From sequence record LR597660: a stretch of DNA of 64,000 nucleotides. The stretch is one strand, 5' to 3'. Source of the stretch: Escherichia phage T4_ev151. This document shows positions 1 to 10,507 of this stretch, one piece after another; the stretch's first letter is position 1, and every line of letters begins with the position of its first letter. A model generated the notes under the pieces. That model did not search any database. It saw only the letters and a list, made by a program, of their open reading frames with translations, and was not told the origin of the DNA. A program made the translations under genes and the position numbers.

Positions 1-1889
1 TACTTCATCATAAAATCTAGTTCAGGATACTTGATAATTTTATCAATATATCGTTGAGCTGAACTTGAATAACCTACATACTTATCATAATCTACATCAT
101 CAAAAGCATCTACATATAAATCACGCAAAGCTTCAAAAATACATTGGCACTGACCGAGTTCTTTTACCTTTTTCTGTAAAAGCGGACGAATAACATAAAA
201 TTCATTAATGCCAATAAGATTAGCCATACGAATCAAAATATTCATAGATGGATGACAAAGTGATGTAGTACCATCCATAGAGAAAATATCAGAACGATGC
301 ATATACGCTACATAACCAGTAATTTCATCTGCTTCTGACGTAAGTGTAAATAATTCCTCTTTTTCCCAACGCCCATCTTTAATTTCAAACTTAAATGCTG
401 TAGCAGCTTTAGGACGAGGAGCTTTACTTTTAACTACCTTTGGAATATAGCTTTTAACTAAAGCTTCAATTTCTGACAAATAATGAATGTTAACTTCATC
501 ACTTTCAAACATTGCCATAATATCAGGTAGTAAATCAATCTGCGATTCTACTTCCGGATTAATAAACAGAAGACGCTCATTGTGATGAATATTTAAAGTG
601 TTATTAAATTCACTATCATCTAGCGCATGTGCTAATCCACGGACAATATTAACACGATTTTTAATATTATCAATAACGATATTAATTTTTGTTGTATTAA
701 TACCAAACAGACGATAACTTGACGCAACGGCTGATGTTTCATGACTTTGCTTAATGCGCTTCAGTCGAGGGTCAAGATTTACTTCATACACAACTCCTGC
801 ATTACATAACTTACTGTCAGGTTCAAACATGCTCTGCATTTTCTTATATGACAGATTTTTAGTCGTGAATTTGACTGAATTACTAATCATATAATCTCGA
901 GCAGAATGCCCCATCTTCATCAATTCACGATATGTGTGACGAGGAGATGTAGATTCTTTAAATCGTTTTACATCTTCATTAAATGCTTTCTCACTAAACT
1001 CTTTAACTCGTTCAATAATATTTTTACGAGTGCGATCATCTAATGAAAGAGCTTCACGTGATGGAGCAATATCAAGTGAACCCATTGGAAACTTAATGTA
1101 ATTCACTTCATTGCGGATGCTTAGCCAGTTACGGTCTCTAATAACACCATCGATAGGATAAACAATACCGCCATAGATAGCATATAATCCACCACGATCA
1201 GGCCAGTATCTTTCTGGATTTACACCGTAATAGTCATCAAAATCTGGAAAATAATCAATTTCGCGGTCAAGACCATTAATGATAGCCAAATCTTTGAATG
1301 GTCGCATGATATAAGAAACTTCATAAGCAAAGTTTCTAAAGTCTTTTTCTTCAACTGGAACTACGATTTCAATACCAGTTTTATCATCTGGACCCATTTC
1401 TTTTACGAATGTAGGTTTAATTTGTGGACCATCGCCATCCATGTAAGCTACATAACCACGAATTTCACCTTTATGATACGAAGTAATACTAAATGTATCA
1501 GTATAACTAAACGGAGATTTAGAACCTAAACCAAATCCGCCAATGAAATCGTTAGATTCAGCCTTAGATGAACTGAAATATGAATTATACAGACCAGGAG
1601 AATTATCATCACCCTGAATATCAAAATCACTCATACCCGGACCAAAATCTCGGCAAACAAATCGTGGATCTAAACGTCTAGGAACTTGAATGATAAATTT
1701 TTCAGGATTTCCATTGAGAGCATGGGCATCAATCATGTTGGTAATCAATTCACGGACTACTGCGCGAATTTTGTTTGTATACAAATCAGATGACAGAATT
1801 TTAAATACTTTAGGAGATGCTGTGATGCTAAATGCTTTTGATTTAGAACCATTGCCAAGAATAGTTTCTTTTTCAGCGGTGATAATCAT
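1..1889 (-). CDS. rIIA: rIIA protein, N-terminal 629 codons (3' end lies beyond window start)
   Basis: ATG at 1889 preceded by GAGGAAA RBS; frame open to position 1 (hence absent from ORF track); N-term [20 protein letters not shown] with GHKL-ATPase-like ELITNMIDA motif; lies next to gene 39 as in T4. Confidence 0.8.
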   Translation of the reverse strand, partial: MIITAEKETILGNGSKSKAFSITASPKVFKILSSDLYTNKIRAVVRELITNMIDAHALNGNPEKFIIQVPRRLDPRFVCRDFGPGMSDFDIQGDDNSPGLYNSYFSSSKAESNDFIGGFGLGSKSPFSYTDTFSITSYHKGEIRGYVAYMDGDGPQIKPTFVKEMGPDDKTGIEIVVPVEEKDFRNFAYEVSYIMRPFKDLAIINGLDREIDYFPDFDDYYGVNPERYWPDRGGLYAIYGGIVYPIDGVIRDRNWLSIRNEVNYIKFPMGSLDIAPSREALSLDDRTRKNIIERVKEFSEKAFNEDVKRFKESTSPRHTYRELMKMGHSARDYMISNSVKFTTKNLSYKKMQSMFEPDSKLCNAGVVYEVNLDPRLKRIKQSHETSAVASSYRLFGINTTKINIVIDNIKNRVNIVRGLAHALDDSEFNNTLNIHHNERLLFINPEVESQIDLLPDIMAMFESDEVNIHYLSEIEALVKSYIPKVVKSKAPRPKAATAFKFEIKDGRWEKEELFTLTSEADEITGYVAYMHRSDIFSMDGTTSLCHPSMNILIRMANLIGINEFYVIRPLLQKKVKELGQCQCIFEALRDLYVDAFDDVDYDKYVGYSSSAQRYIDKIIKYPELDFMMK

Positions 1890-1899
1890 AATTTCCTCA

Positions 1900-2103
1900 T
1901 TAATTCATATTGCGTTTAATAACTTCAGCAACTTCTAGTAGTTCGTCTTTAGTTGCGGTGTCGGATTGAATTTTATCTCTAATATCTTTAAAGCGGTTTT
2001 TAAATTCTTCGGCTTCTCCCATATCGAAAAAGCGTTGAATGATTCTATATTCTCGATGAACTGCTTTATCAAAAAGTTCTAAATTTACTTTATATGATTT
2101 CAT
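1900..2103 (-). CDS. small hypothetical protein (rIIA.1 position)
   Basis: 67-aa ORF immediately upstream of rIIA, downstream of early promoter at 2129-2158. Confidence 0.5.
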   Translation of the reverse strand: MKSYKVNLELFDKAVHREYRIIQRFFDMGEAEEFKNRFKDIRDKIQSDTATKDELLEVAEVIKRNMN

Positions 2104-2128
2104 TCCAATATCCTCATTTGCCCAATTA

Positions 2129-2158
2129 ATTATACCACATCCTTGTGGTAAAGTAAAC
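2129..2158 (-). promoter_or_regulatory. sigma70-type early promoter (-35 GTTTAC, 18-bp spacer, extended -10 TGTGGTATAAT) for rIIA.1/rIIA
   Basis: plus-strand attata 2129-2134 and gtaaac 2153-2158; 30-nt near-identical copy at 46104-46133. Confidence 0.6.
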
Positions 2159-3978
2159 TACTGGCTCATCCATTCTTTGCGAAGGTCAGCATTATCTCCC
2201 ATGAGCATTTCAAAAAGCTCTTTCCAGTTCTCAGGAAGTTTAACAACATCATATACTGGATTTTGAATCATCTCACGATATTCAGATTTTTCCAAAGAGC
2301 CAAGTCCTTTAATATAACGGATGCTATGTTTAGGTAGAGCATCTTTGGCACTCTCATATTCAGCGACTGTATAAAACCATTCTTGTTTTTTACCGACCTG
2401 AGCGATGATTACAGGAGTTTTGACAAAGCGAATTCGTCCTTGCTCAAACAGTTCTGGCCAATTACTAAAAAATCCAAGAAGAGAAGGATAAATGCTTCCT
2501 AGACCATCATGGTCAGCATCAGTCATAATAGCAATATTATGATAATTCAAGTTTTCAGCTTTTTCACCAAGAACTAATCCAGTGATTGCGCAAATATCAA
2601 ATAGTTCTTTATTTTTAAGCATATCAGCATATGACATACCCCAACTGTTGAGAACTTTACCACGCAATGGATAACCACCATGAAGTTCTTTATCACGAAC
2701 ATCAATAAGATATCCGATAGCAGAATCACCCTCAGTCAAGAAAAGAGTAGTATCAGCATCTTTACCGCAAAGATTCGCTTTGATATGTTTATGAACTTTA
2801 GCTTTAGAAGCCTTTTTAGCTGCTTTAGTTTCAGCTGCTTTTTCTGCTGCCAATTTACGAGCTAGTGCAGCTTCAATAATCGGCATTAAAATTGCTTCAT
2901 TATTTAGAATAGCGCGTGAAATCTTTTTAGCATCAAGCTGAATATGACTACGAATTTCACCAAATGGAGAAGTCAAACGCTCTTTAGTCTGAGAATCAAA
3001 TCGCATGTTTTTCATATCACGAACAAACATAACGATAGTCAAACATTCTTTAACACGTGCTTTAGTTACATCAATTTTGAACTTGCGCTTGATTTGTGGA
3101 ATAAGGTCTTCACAAATATCATCCATAACGCAGTCAATGTGATGGCCACCATTCTTAGTATGAATGTTATTGACGTATGTTAATTGACGAAAACCATCTG
3201 GTGAACGACCAACCGCAATAGAACAATTTTCTTGTTCTTGAACAATAGCATGCTCATCATATTGGCGTGCATATTTCTTAAAATTACCCTGAACCTTTTT
3301 ACCATTAAAGGTAAATTGAATATCAGGATAAACTACTGCAAGTGTCTGGAGACGATCTAGTGTAATGTCAAGATAAACTTGAGATAGCTCATTAGTTTCA
3401 AATGACATAAAATCAGGAATGAAAGTAACGCGAGTTCCTTTCCATTTTCCAGGAATAGTTTCCCAGGATTTATTTTCCATGCCATTTGAACAACGAACTA
3501 CAATATTATTTTGACCATCGCCAGTTTCACCGACAAACATCACAGAAAAAATGTTAGTTAAACTAGAACCAACACCATTCATACCACCGGTGACACGTTC
3601 TTTATCATCACCAAAGTTACCACCCGCTTTTGGAATAGTCCAAGCAGCAACTGGACCAGGAATTTCTTCACCGGTAGGTGTTTTAACCATCGCTTGTGGA
3701 ATACCACGACCGTTATCTTCAACTGTTACTTGATTGTTTTTGATAGTAACATTAATTTTATTTGCGAATTTAAACTTAGTACGAATACCTTCATCTACTG
3801 AGTTATCGATAATTTCATCAATAAGCTTAACAAGACCAGGTACATACTGAACACTTTCCCATTTACCAAACAGAAAGCGCTCATGCATTTCATTAGCAGA
3901 AGAGCCAATATACATGCCGCTACGCTTTTTGATATGTTCAATATCGCTCAGAATTTTAATTTCATTCTTAATCATCAC
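2158..3978 (-). CDS. 39: DNA topoisomerase II large (ATPase) subunit, uninterrupted 39+60 fusion
   Basis: 606 aa; GHKL motif IDNSVDEG; C-terminal third (IAIMTDADHDGLGSIYPSLLGFFSNWPELF...) is the segment encoded separately by gene 60 in T4; single continuous frame. Confidence 0.9.
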   Translation of the reverse strand: MMIKNEIKILSDIEHIKKRSGMYIGSSANEMHERFLFGKWESVQYVPGLVKLIDEIIDNSVDEGIRTKFKFANKINVTIKNNQVTVEDNGRGIPQAMVKTPTGEEIPGPVAAWTIPKAGGNFGDDKERVTGGMNGVGSSLTNIFSVMFVGETGDGQNNIVVRCSNGMENKSWETIPGKWKGTRVTFIPDFMSFETNELSQVYLDITLDRLQTLAVVYPDIQFTFNGKKVQGNFKKYARQYDEHAIVQEQENCSIAVGRSPDGFRQLTYVNNIHTKNGGHHIDCVMDDICEDLIPQIKRKFKIDVTKARVKECLTIVMFVRDMKNMRFDSQTKERLTSPFGEIRSHIQLDAKKISRAILNNEAILMPIIEAALARKLAAEKAAETKAAKKASKAKVHKHIKANLCGKDADTTLFLTEGDSAIGYLIDVRDKELHGGYPLRGKVLNSWGMSYADMLKNKELFDICAITGLVLGEKAENLNYHNIAIMTDADHDGLGSIYPSLLGFFSNWPELFEQGRIRFVKTPVIIAQVGKKQEWFYTVAEYESAKDALPKHSIRYIKGLGSLEKSEYREMIQNPVYDVVKLPENWKELFEMLMGDNADLRKEWMSQ

Positions 3979-4027
3979 TTATCCTCGTTTGGTTTCGGGA
4001 ATATTATACTCCGGTAATCATAAAGCT

Positions 4028-4045
4028 AAAGGCCCGAAGGCCTTT
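4028..4045 (-). terminator. GC hairpin with UUCG loop between 39.1-position ORF and gene 39
   Basis: aaggcccgaaggcctttt inverted repeat. Confidence 0.45.
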
Positions 4046-4314
4046 TATTTAAAACGAATAGTTGAATCCTTAAAGAACAGCCCAGAACATACTGTTCCTT
4101 CTACTTTCTGCCCAGTAGGTCCAACAGCACGAAATCCAGTATGTTGGAAATCATTTTCAGAGCAACCGAACCAGTTATATCCAGTGATTTCAATATTCGT
4201 AAAACCACTTGATGATAAAATTTTAGTTGCATTATCAGCATCAGTGCATCCTACTAAAGATACTGCTAATACTAATGCTGCGATAGAACGATTAACATAT
4301 TTCATAATTTTCAC
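4045..4314 (-). CDS. putative lipoprotein
   Basis: 89 aa; signal peptide with lipobox LVGC. Confidence 0.5.
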   Translation of the reverse strand: MKIMKYVNRSIAALVLAVSLVGCTDADNATKILSSSGFTNIEITGYNWFGCSENDFQHTGFRAVGPTGQKVEGTVCSGLFFKDSTIRFK

Positions 4315-4682
4315 TTAAATTTAATGGCTTGAAGGAGACTAATAATTCTTAAACGGCTTCTTTCATCTTTAACTGTAAAAGAAAGAGGGTCGCCAGATTT
4401 CATAGTAATAGTGCATTCAAAATCAAAATCTTCTGTGACTTCTTCGAAGAAGTCAAATTCTTCATCATAAATTAGAACATTACTCTGACAACTATGAAGA
4501 ATTTTTCCATCATTTCCAGATGCTGTACTAATCATTATAACATTATGACCTTTCATATCTTCAACGATAAATTCACTAGTCAATATTACAGCATTAATAG
4601 AACTATTCCTATTACTAGCAGAAAGTAGATATTTCTGTTCTTCACCTTCACGAATGCAATATTTCTTACCGATTTTAAACAT
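4311..4682 (-). CDS. hypothetical protein
   Basis: 123-aa ORF, ATGA overlap with downstream gene. Confidence 0.45.
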   Translation of the reverse strand: MFKIGKKYCIREGEEQKYLLSASNRNSSINAVILTSEFIVEDMKGHNVIMISTASGNDGKILHSCQSNVLIYDEEFDFFEEVTEDFDFECTITMKSGDPLSFTVKDERSRLRIISLLQAIKFK

Positions 4683-4684
4683 AA

Positions 4685-4861
4685 TTACCCTTTAAGTAAG
4701 TCGTAAAAACCACCATTCACATGCTTAGGAGCAGAAGGCCGACGAGTAGACAAACGATGACATTTAGGGCAAACATCATTTTCTCGTTCAGAAATCTTTT
4801 TAATTTTTTCATATTCATGCCCGCAATCTTCGGATTGGCATTTATAATCATACATTGGCAT
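4685..4861 (-). CDS. small zinc-ribbon protein (CxxC...CxxC), below ORF-track size cut-off
   Basis: my translation MPMYDYKCQSEDCGHEYEKIKKISERENDVCPKCHRLSTRRPSAPKHVNGGFYDLLKG; fills gap between flanking genes. Confidence 0.45.
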   Translation of the reverse strand: MPMYDYKCQSEDCGHEYEKIKKISERENDVCPKCHRLSTRRPSAPKHVNGGFYDLLKG

Positions 4862-4863
4862 AA

Positions 4864-5289
4864 TTATTCCTTAAAGTGTGCTTTCAGCATTTGATACAAG
4901 GACCATGCCTGTTCATTATTTTCAATAGTAACTTTCATGACAGGAAATTCTGTGAAATCTTCTATTTGTTCTTGCTCTTTCTCTTCCTGCTCTTGCTCTT
5001 CAGCTGCCTGGTATGGATTTTCAACTTCATCAAAGAATTCAGCTTCGCTAGTAGAAAGCCAAATAAAATCTTCATCCAAAATATCTTTACCGGAGGATAA
5101 TGCCAATCTTCCAGTAGATGACATAATTTTAGTTGGACGACCAAGATAGTCAATATCTATAACTTTAAAAGGTTCCATACCTAAACGTCGTGCATAAATT
5201 CCGTTTTCAGTATGGTCTTTAATAAAAGCTTCTTGAGCTTGTTTATTTTTAAATTGATACCATTTATTAACTTCAAATCTAATAGCCAT
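4864..5289 (-). CDS. hypothetical acidic protein (goF position)
   Basis: 141-aa ORF, Glu-rich [12 protein letters not shown] segment. Confidence 0.45.
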   Translation of the reverse strand: MAIRFEVNKWYQFKNKQAQEAFIKDHTENGIYARRLGMEPFKVIDIDYLGRPTKIMSSTGRLALSSGKDILDEDFIWLSTSEAEFFDEVENPYQAAEEQEQEEKEQEQIEDFTEFPVMKVTIENNEQAWSLYQMLKAHFKE

Positions 5290-5504
5290 TAATAAATTTC
5301 CTTCCAGTAAGTTGTACCGTCTTCAGTGATTTCACGGAATACACTGTAAATCGGTTGTTTATCACCAACCTTTTCATACACATAAACCGAAGTCAAGTGA
5401 GTAAACTTGATGGTGTGTTCCTTTTGAACTACTACCAAATTTGGATCGAATAATACATCTTCAAATTCGTCATTAGTGCAGTTCTGAACAATTTTACGTT
5501 TCAT
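5289..5504 (-). CDS. hypothetical protein (cef position)
   Basis: 71-aa ORF. Confidence 0.4.
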   Translation of the reverse strand: MKRKIVQNCTNDEFEDVLFDPNLVVVQKEHTIKFTHLTSVYVYEKVGDKQPIYSVFREITEDGTTYWKEIY

Positions 5505-5517
5505 TACAATTTCCTCA

Positions 5518-5799
5518 TTAATTGAACAGTGGAGCGATGCGTTTCAGAAGAGTAGCAGCACCTTTGGCAAATTTTACATCATGAAAAACAGTTTCTTCTT
5601 CCGTTACAACACGAGCTTTAATGTTTTCACAATCCCAATTTTTGCGAACAATCTTCAAAAGCTGCAGTAAATCTTTACATTCAGCAATATCGATAACACA
5701 TCCACGAGAATCTTCCATTATTGCACGATAACCATAAGCCATACCATAATCATTGAAAGATTGCTCGATGATAATTAAGTTTTCCATTTTATTCTCCAA
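5518..5799 (-). CDS. hypothetical protein
   Basis: 93-aa ORF downstream of promoter/stem-loop cassette at 5806-5860. Confidence 0.4.
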   Translation of the reverse strand: MENKMENLIIIEQSFNDYGMAYGYRAIMEDSRGCVIDIAECKDLLQLLKIVRKNWDCENIKARVVTEEETVFHDVKFAKGAATLLKRIAPLFN

Positions 5800-5884
5800 G
5801 TTGTTTTCTGTATCAGTAGTTGATATTGATATAGTACCATAATCAACTACTGATGTATATAGTTTTATGAAAAAATTTTAAACT

Positions 5885-6376
5885 TTATGCATAACGAGCT
5901 TTGCTATAGTGTTTAATCCAGCTTTCAGGAATGACTTTGTATGTTCCTAAAAATACCGTGTTGTACAACTTAACACCGTCTTCTACCCATTGATCGGTAA
6001 TGTATGCACACATAGCGCGAGTACGGTTAACAACACCTTCCTCACCTTCAGTAAATTCAAACTCATAAGGAGCAACGAACTTGATAGCTTGACCGAGTTT
6101 CCACTTAAAGTCTACACCTACATGCGAAGTATCAATCGTTTCAATTCCTTTAGCGGGAACAGCTTTCAAAAACGCAGGCTCAAGAAATTTCCATCGAACA
6201 TAACCAAACTGAGGTTTAGACATTCCATCTTTAGGAATGATACGCACTTTTACTTCAGAATCTTCATCTTTAACACCATGTTTAAGCTGAATGCTTACGA
6301 CTTCAACCAATTTTCCTGCTGCCTTAGAACGGGATTTATCAGATACACGAGCAATTTCACCGATATTAATATTCAT
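5885..6376 (-). CDS. hypothetical protein, paralog of 6450-6884 (motB region)
   Basis: 163 aa; C-terminal ITDQWVEDGVKLYNTVFLGTYKVIPES resembles neighbour's VTDQWIEDGVELLNVVHAGEYSVVPRS. Confidence 0.5.
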   Translation of the reverse strand: MNINIGEIARVSDKSRSKAAGKLVEVVSIQLKHGVKDEDSEVKVRIIPKDGMSKPQFGYVRWKFLEPAFLKAVPAKGIETIDTSHVGVDFKWKLGQAIKFVAPYEFEFTEGEEGVVNRTRAMCAYITDQWVEDGVKLYNTVFLGTYKVIPESWIKHYSKARYA

Positions 6377-6418
6377 AATTATCTCTCACTTGTTAAAAAG
6401 ATTTTATACTCCACAGGA

Positions 6419-6448
6419 CCATTATACTCTGGTCCCAAGAGTTTGTAA
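6419..6448 (-). promoter_or_regulatory. early promoter (-35 GTTTAC / -10 TATAAT)
   Basis: plus-strand attata 6419-6424, gtaaac 6443-6448. Confidence 0.55.
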
Positions 6449-6449
6449 A

Positions 6450-6884
6450 CTAGCTTACACGAACATTAATCACTGCGCTACGAGGAACTACAGAGTATTC
6501 TCCAGCATGAACTACGTTCAGAAGTTCAACGCCATCTTCAATCCACTGGTCAGTTACCCAACCGCCGACCGGATTCGCGAATGGACGACGAATGTAAACC
6601 GCCTTACACAACAAATCAGTCGGATCTTCAGGTTTTTCAATTTCTGTCAATAGATTAAAATCTTCTTCATAGATGATGAATGATGATACCCTTCCATAAT
6701 AGTTTCTAATTTCCATGTACACTGTACCAATGAGAATTCCGCTATTAACACTAATAACAGTAAAAGGATATCCGCCAGTTGTACCAAGAAGTTCCCAAAA
6801 CTTGCTATCAGTCGTATTCGACATTGTCTGGAAATCAATTTCAGATGGTTTTTTCATTTGATACGTAGTATTAATTTTAATCAT
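6450..6884 (-). CDS. hypothetical protein, paralog of 5885-6376
   Basis: 144 aa; shared C-terminal motif. Confidence 0.5.
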   Translation of the reverse strand: MIKINTTYQMKKPSEIDFQTMSNTTDSKFWELLGTTGGYPFTVISVNSGILIGTVYMEIRNYYGRVSSFIIYEEDFNLLTEIEKPEDPTDLLCKAVYIRRPFANPVGGWVTDQWIEDGVELLNVVHAGEYSVVPRSAVINVRVS

Positions 6885-6894
6885 AATTTTCTCT

Positions 6895-7398
6895 TTAGTC
6901 TAAGGTAATAAAGCCTTTTAGTTCGGCATGAGATTTGCGGAACATTACTTGATGTCCTCCAATGATAACTTGGTCATCTGGCACTTCGTATACAGCAAGA
7001 TAAAATCCTTTAGAAGATAATTCTTCACGCTCTTCTCGGGTGAACCATCTCATCATATCATATTCACTAGCGAAAGCAAAATGATAAAGAGCTATAAACC
7101 ATCCTGGAATATAGTGATCTACGCCTACATATTCTTCTTTCTCAAAGTTAGTATTAATTGCTATATTAGCATTTTTAACTAATAATTTGTCTTCGCGCGG
7201 AAGAGGAATTCTTTTGTTATCATTACTATGATGCGTAAAATTAGGTCTATCATAACCTACGTGTAATAACCACTCTTCGCTCCATGAATCTATTATACTC
7301 CTGTATGGCGTTATTTGAACACAAAGATTTCGACGTATTGTTATAGCATCTTCACAATTAAGAATACTAAAAGATGACTCAACACGATAAATTTTCAT
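6895..7398 (-). CDS. hypothetical protein (start moved to internal Met MKIYRVESS with GAGGA RBS)
   Basis: track ORF 6895-7437 overlaps promoter at 7426-7455. Confidence 0.45.
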   Translation of the reverse strand: MKIYRVESSFSILNCEDAITIRRNLCVQITPYRSIIDSWSEEWLLHVGYDRPNFTHHSNDNKRIPLPREDKLLVKNANIAINTNFEKEEYVGVDHYIPGWFIALYHFAFASEYDMMRWFTREEREELSSKGFYLAVYEVPDDQVIIGGHQVMFRKSHAELKGFITLD

Positions 7399-7425
7399 TT
7401 TATTATCCTCAGTAGCTATGGTGTT

Positions 7426-7455
7426 ATAATACCACAACTAACCGAGGAAGTAAAC
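7426..7455 (-). promoter_or_regulatory. early promoter (-35 GTTTAC / -10 TATTAT with TG)
   Basis: plus-strand ataata 7426-7431, gtaaac 7450-7455. Confidence 0.5.
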
Positions 7456-7461
7456 AACTTT

Positions 7462-8145
7462 TTATCGTTTTGTTGGAAGAGATAGAGGATCGCACTCTTC
7501 CTCTGACGGAGCATCTTCAAGACCCATAGCATACCGCAAAGCATACTTCATCATCAGGATGTCTTTCGCACAATCGTGAATAGAATCATGTGCAACGAAT
7601 CCATCTAAAGTTCCATTTGGAAGAGGACATGTGGTCATATCACGAACAAGCAGAAGTGCTTCAATTCTGGTACGAATATCACGCTGATTCCAGAATTTAC
7701 AAGGTTCTAACTTAAACGTATCAAGCTCATTCTCGGAAACGCCGTTAAGACGTTGAATATCACGAATGAGATCAACTAAAATTGGAAAATCAAACGACAT
7801 TCCACGGCACCAGCCTTGAGATTTCCAAGGATCGATGTTATGTGCATTGATGTAATCATTAAATTTTGCAATACCATCGATAGTGCTTACATCTTCATCT
7901 GATGGCGCAATATTTTTTCGAGCTTCAGGAGATTGATTTTTCCACCATTCGATAGTGCTTTTAGTAAAAAGACGATGTCCTTTTTGGCTTTTTAAATCAA
8001 ACTTGATTTTAATGCCGCGTGAAACTAATTCATCAAATGTTTCAACTACTTCTGGATTAGGATCAAAGGCAATAACAGCCAAATCAATAACAGCTGCCTT
8101 TTCACCGCTTCCCATTGTTTCAAAATCTATAATAAAATCAAACAT
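7462..8145 (-). CDS. dexA: exonuclease A (DnaQ-like 3'-5' exonuclease)
   Basis: 227 aa, N-term MFDFIIDFETMGSG; size and position match T4 dexA. Confidence 0.8.
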   Translation of the reverse strand: MFDFIIDFETMGSGEKAAVIDLAVIAFDPNPEVVETFDELVSRGIKIKFDLKSQKGHRLFTKSTIEWWKNQSPEARKNIAPSDEDVSTIDGIAKFNDYINAHNIDPWKSQGWCRGMSFDFPILVDLIRDIQRLNGVSENELDTFKLEPCKFWNQRDIRTRIEALLLVRDMTTCPLPNGTLDGFVAHDSIHDCAKDILMMKYALRYAMGLEDAPSEEECDPLSLPTKR

Positions 8146-8387
8146 TAAATTTTCCTCGCTAAATCGCGAATTTGACCTACAGTATAATCTTGGATATAAA
8201 CTTTATTAATGGGCTCATCAATAAATTTTGCCATAGATTCAATATCTTTTTGTATCTCTTCAAGACTGTATACTATCTTTAAAGCTTTTTCGCGAATAGT
8301 AACATTATCAGGTCCTGAATTTTCTTGAATGACAGCTTTAACATTTGCCGTAAGAGATTTAAACTGATGCAAACTTAATTCAATCAT
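8145..8387 (-). CDS. small hypothetical protein
   Basis: track ORF 8145-8420 trimmed to Met with plausible RBS. Confidence 0.35.
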   Translation of the reverse strand: MIELSLHQFKSLTANVKAVIQENSGPDNVTIREKALKIVYSLEEIQKDIESMAKFIDEPINKVYIQDYTVGQIRDLARKI

Positions 8388-8640
8388 TAATAACCGCCTT
8401 ATAAAGATGGCTAATTTCACCTAAAACATAATCACTGATTGTAACAGTTTTCACTTCGCCGCAAAAGAATTCTAACGCAATCAAATCTCGTTCAATTTCT
8501 TCCAATTGAAGCATTAACTTGCCTGATTCAATTTTCACGTTTTTGCGATTTTTACTATAAGCTATTTCATAAATTTCGCTCACTTTATCTTGAAGCAGAT
8601 AAAACTGGTCTTTAGTTATTTCCACGAATAGCTTCCTCAA
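8380..8640 (-). CDS. small hypothetical protein
   Basis: 86-aa ORF. Confidence 0.35.
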   Translation of the reverse strand: MRKLFVEITKDQFYLLQDKVSEIYEIAYSKNRKNVKIESGKLMLQLEEIERDLIALEFFCGEVKTVTISDYVLGEISHLYKAVIND

Positions 8641-8872
8641 ATTTAATCAGCAACTTACAGACACTTTCATCTAATGTAATTACCGTATCTGTATTACTGT
8701 GATATGATTGTTTTTCAATTCGTTTAATTGCTAGTATAGTATCACTTATAAGATTAAGCTTATAAAGGAGCTCAGCTCCTGTTACCATAACACTGAGGTT
8801 ATCTTGCTTATCAGTGTGCTTCTTTATACCATCTATTAGACGATTTAAATATTTTGAATTGATGTTAATCAT
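8612..8872 (-). CDS. small hypothetical protein
   Basis: 86-aa ORF with GAGGA RBS. Confidence 0.4.
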   Translation of the reverse strand: MININSKYLNRLIDGIKKHTDKQDNLSVMVTGAELLYKLNLISDTILAIKRIEKQSYHSNTDTVITLDESVCKLLIKFEEAIRGNN

Positions 8873-8878
8873 ATATCC

Positions 8879-10198
8879 TCACACATAAAACACATCATAA
8901 CGACCACGAGTGACACCAACATAAAGAAGCTGCTGAGCCAATTCAGCATCTGCATAATGAATACAAGGCGTATAGATGAAAGCACGGTCTACAGACATGC
9001 CCTGAGCTTTGTGGAATGTTGATGCAGGAAGTGCTTTCACTTTACTAAACTGTGATTTAGCATCCCAAAAATCACTCCACGGAGCTTTTCCACCTTTATT
9101 CCAATTTTTATAAGTTTCTGCTGTTTTACCTAAAAATAGGTTAAACTTATACAGCTCTTCATCAGATGAAATTATTTTAATCTTTTCACGATAATATTCA
9201 TCATCGCCGTAAGTTTCTACTGTTAAATCCCAATGACGAATTAGATATTCTCCAGAAACACCACGAGCTTTAACAAATGTTGATGTATACTCTGCTTCTA
9301 TAATACGAACTAATTGTCCGTTATTAAAAATAATTTCTGACACAGGCTTTCCATCAATTTTATATGTTTTAATTAATGGTTCCTGCATTACAATAATTTC
9401 ACCAACGATAAAATCTTTATCAGTTTCAAAAATCTTTTTGCGAATAATGCTATTTAACTTATCAACAGATTTATTCGTAAATGCCATTACGCGATTTTCA
9501 AACAAATCGTCTAGTGATTTTACGATTGAAAAATAATTTACCATAAAATCGCGTAAAGCGGTATCACCAGTAAATCCACGTACTCCATGCCCGTCAACAA
9601 TTTTATCATAAATCCACTTACCATTACGAACATCAGTAGCTACATCAATAATAGGAGCATTACTGCGTTTAACTTCAGTGAGTTCACACTGATAAAAATC
9701 TTTATGTGTAAAGAATGGACTGATATAAGCAGTGTTTTCTCCTGGGTCAACAGGTCTAATTTGCTTATTATCGCCTATTCCAATTATAGTACACCATGGC
9801 GGGATAGTTGAAAGCAGAATTTTAAATAGCTTTCTATCATACATTGACACTTCGTCGCAGATTAATACTCTGCATTTAGCTAAATCCGGTACTTCTTTTT
9901 GTTCAAAAAGAACGTTTTCTTCATATGTTACCGGGTTAATTTTGAGAATACTGTGAATAGTACTCGCTTCTTTCCCTGACAGTTTTGAAAGAATCTTTTT
10001 AGCTGCATGAGTAGGAGCTGCTAAAATAATGCCAGTTTCGCCCGTAGATATTAAGGCTTCAATGATGAACTTAGTAAGAGTAGTCTTACCAGTACCAGCA
10101 GGTCCATTAATAGTTACATGATGTTTCTTTTCTTTAATAGCCCTCATAACGATGTTAAAGGCATTTTTCTGGCCTTCGGTCAAATCATCAAATGTCAT
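8879..10198 (-). CDS. dda: Dda SF1B DNA helicase
   Basis: 439 aa; Walker A GPAGTGKT; matches T4 Dda length and N-terminus. Confidence 0.9.
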   Translation of the reverse strand: MTFDDLTEGQKNAFNIVMRAIKEKKHHVTINGPAGTGKTTLTKFIIEALISTGETGIILAAPTHAAKKILSKLSGKEASTIHSILKINPVTYEENVLFEQKEVPDLAKCRVLICDEVSMYDRKLFKILLSTIPPWCTIIGIGDNKQIRPVDPGENTAYISPFFTHKDFYQCELTEVKRSNAPIIDVATDVRNGKWIYDKIVDGHGVRGFTGDTALRDFMVNYFSIVKSLDDLFENRVMAFTNKSVDKLNSIIRKKIFETDKDFIVGEIIVMQEPLIKTYKIDGKPVSEIIFNNGQLVRIIEAEYTSTFVKARGVSGEYLIRHWDLTVETYGDDEYYREKIKIISSDEELYKFNLFLGKTAETYKNWNKGGKAPWSDFWDAKSQFSKVKALPASTFHKAQGMSVDRAFIYTPCIHYADAELAQQLLYVGVTRGRYDVFYV

Positions 10199-10506
10199 CG
10201 TAAATTCCCTGCAATTGGTATACTAACAATACGCCCAGTATCTAAAATTCGCCGATATAATCTCTGTGTGTCTACATCAGGCTTAACATGTTTAACTTCT
10301 ATTTTATTAAACCAAAACTTGCGTGGAGTCTCAACTAATCTCGGAATTCCCATACCTAAAGCTAGTCGATACTGCTCTTTAAGAGTGGTAAATACTTTAT
10401 CAGCAATCTCCCTTTCAAAAAATACAGCAGGGCGATGTTCATCAAGCGGAACAGGCACTGCAAATCCATCTTTATCTCTATATACTATCGCATATACATA
10501 AAACAT
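10195..10506 (-). CDS. hypothetical protein
   Basis: 103-aa ORF, ATGA overlap with dda. Confidence 0.45.
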   Translation of the reverse strand: MFYVYAIVYRDKDGFAVPVPLDEHRPAVFFEREIADKVFTTLKEQYRLALGMGIPRLVETPRKFWFNKIEVKHVKPDVDTQRLYRRILDTGRIVSIPIAGNLR

Positions 10507-10507
10507 A

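Noticed and set aside
2680-3183. Plus-strand ORFs (2680-2865, 2944-3183, 3551-3733 and similar throughout, e.g. 9587-9956, 25573-25860, 31633-32016)
   Set aside because: They lie antisense inside strongly supported minus-strand genes (39, dda, 43, 46), have no RBS and low-complexity translations; shadow ORFs of an AT-rich genome.
8145-8872. Assigning T4 names to the three small ORFs between dexA and dda
   Set aside because: Too short and unremarkable for me to recognise; left as hypothetical.
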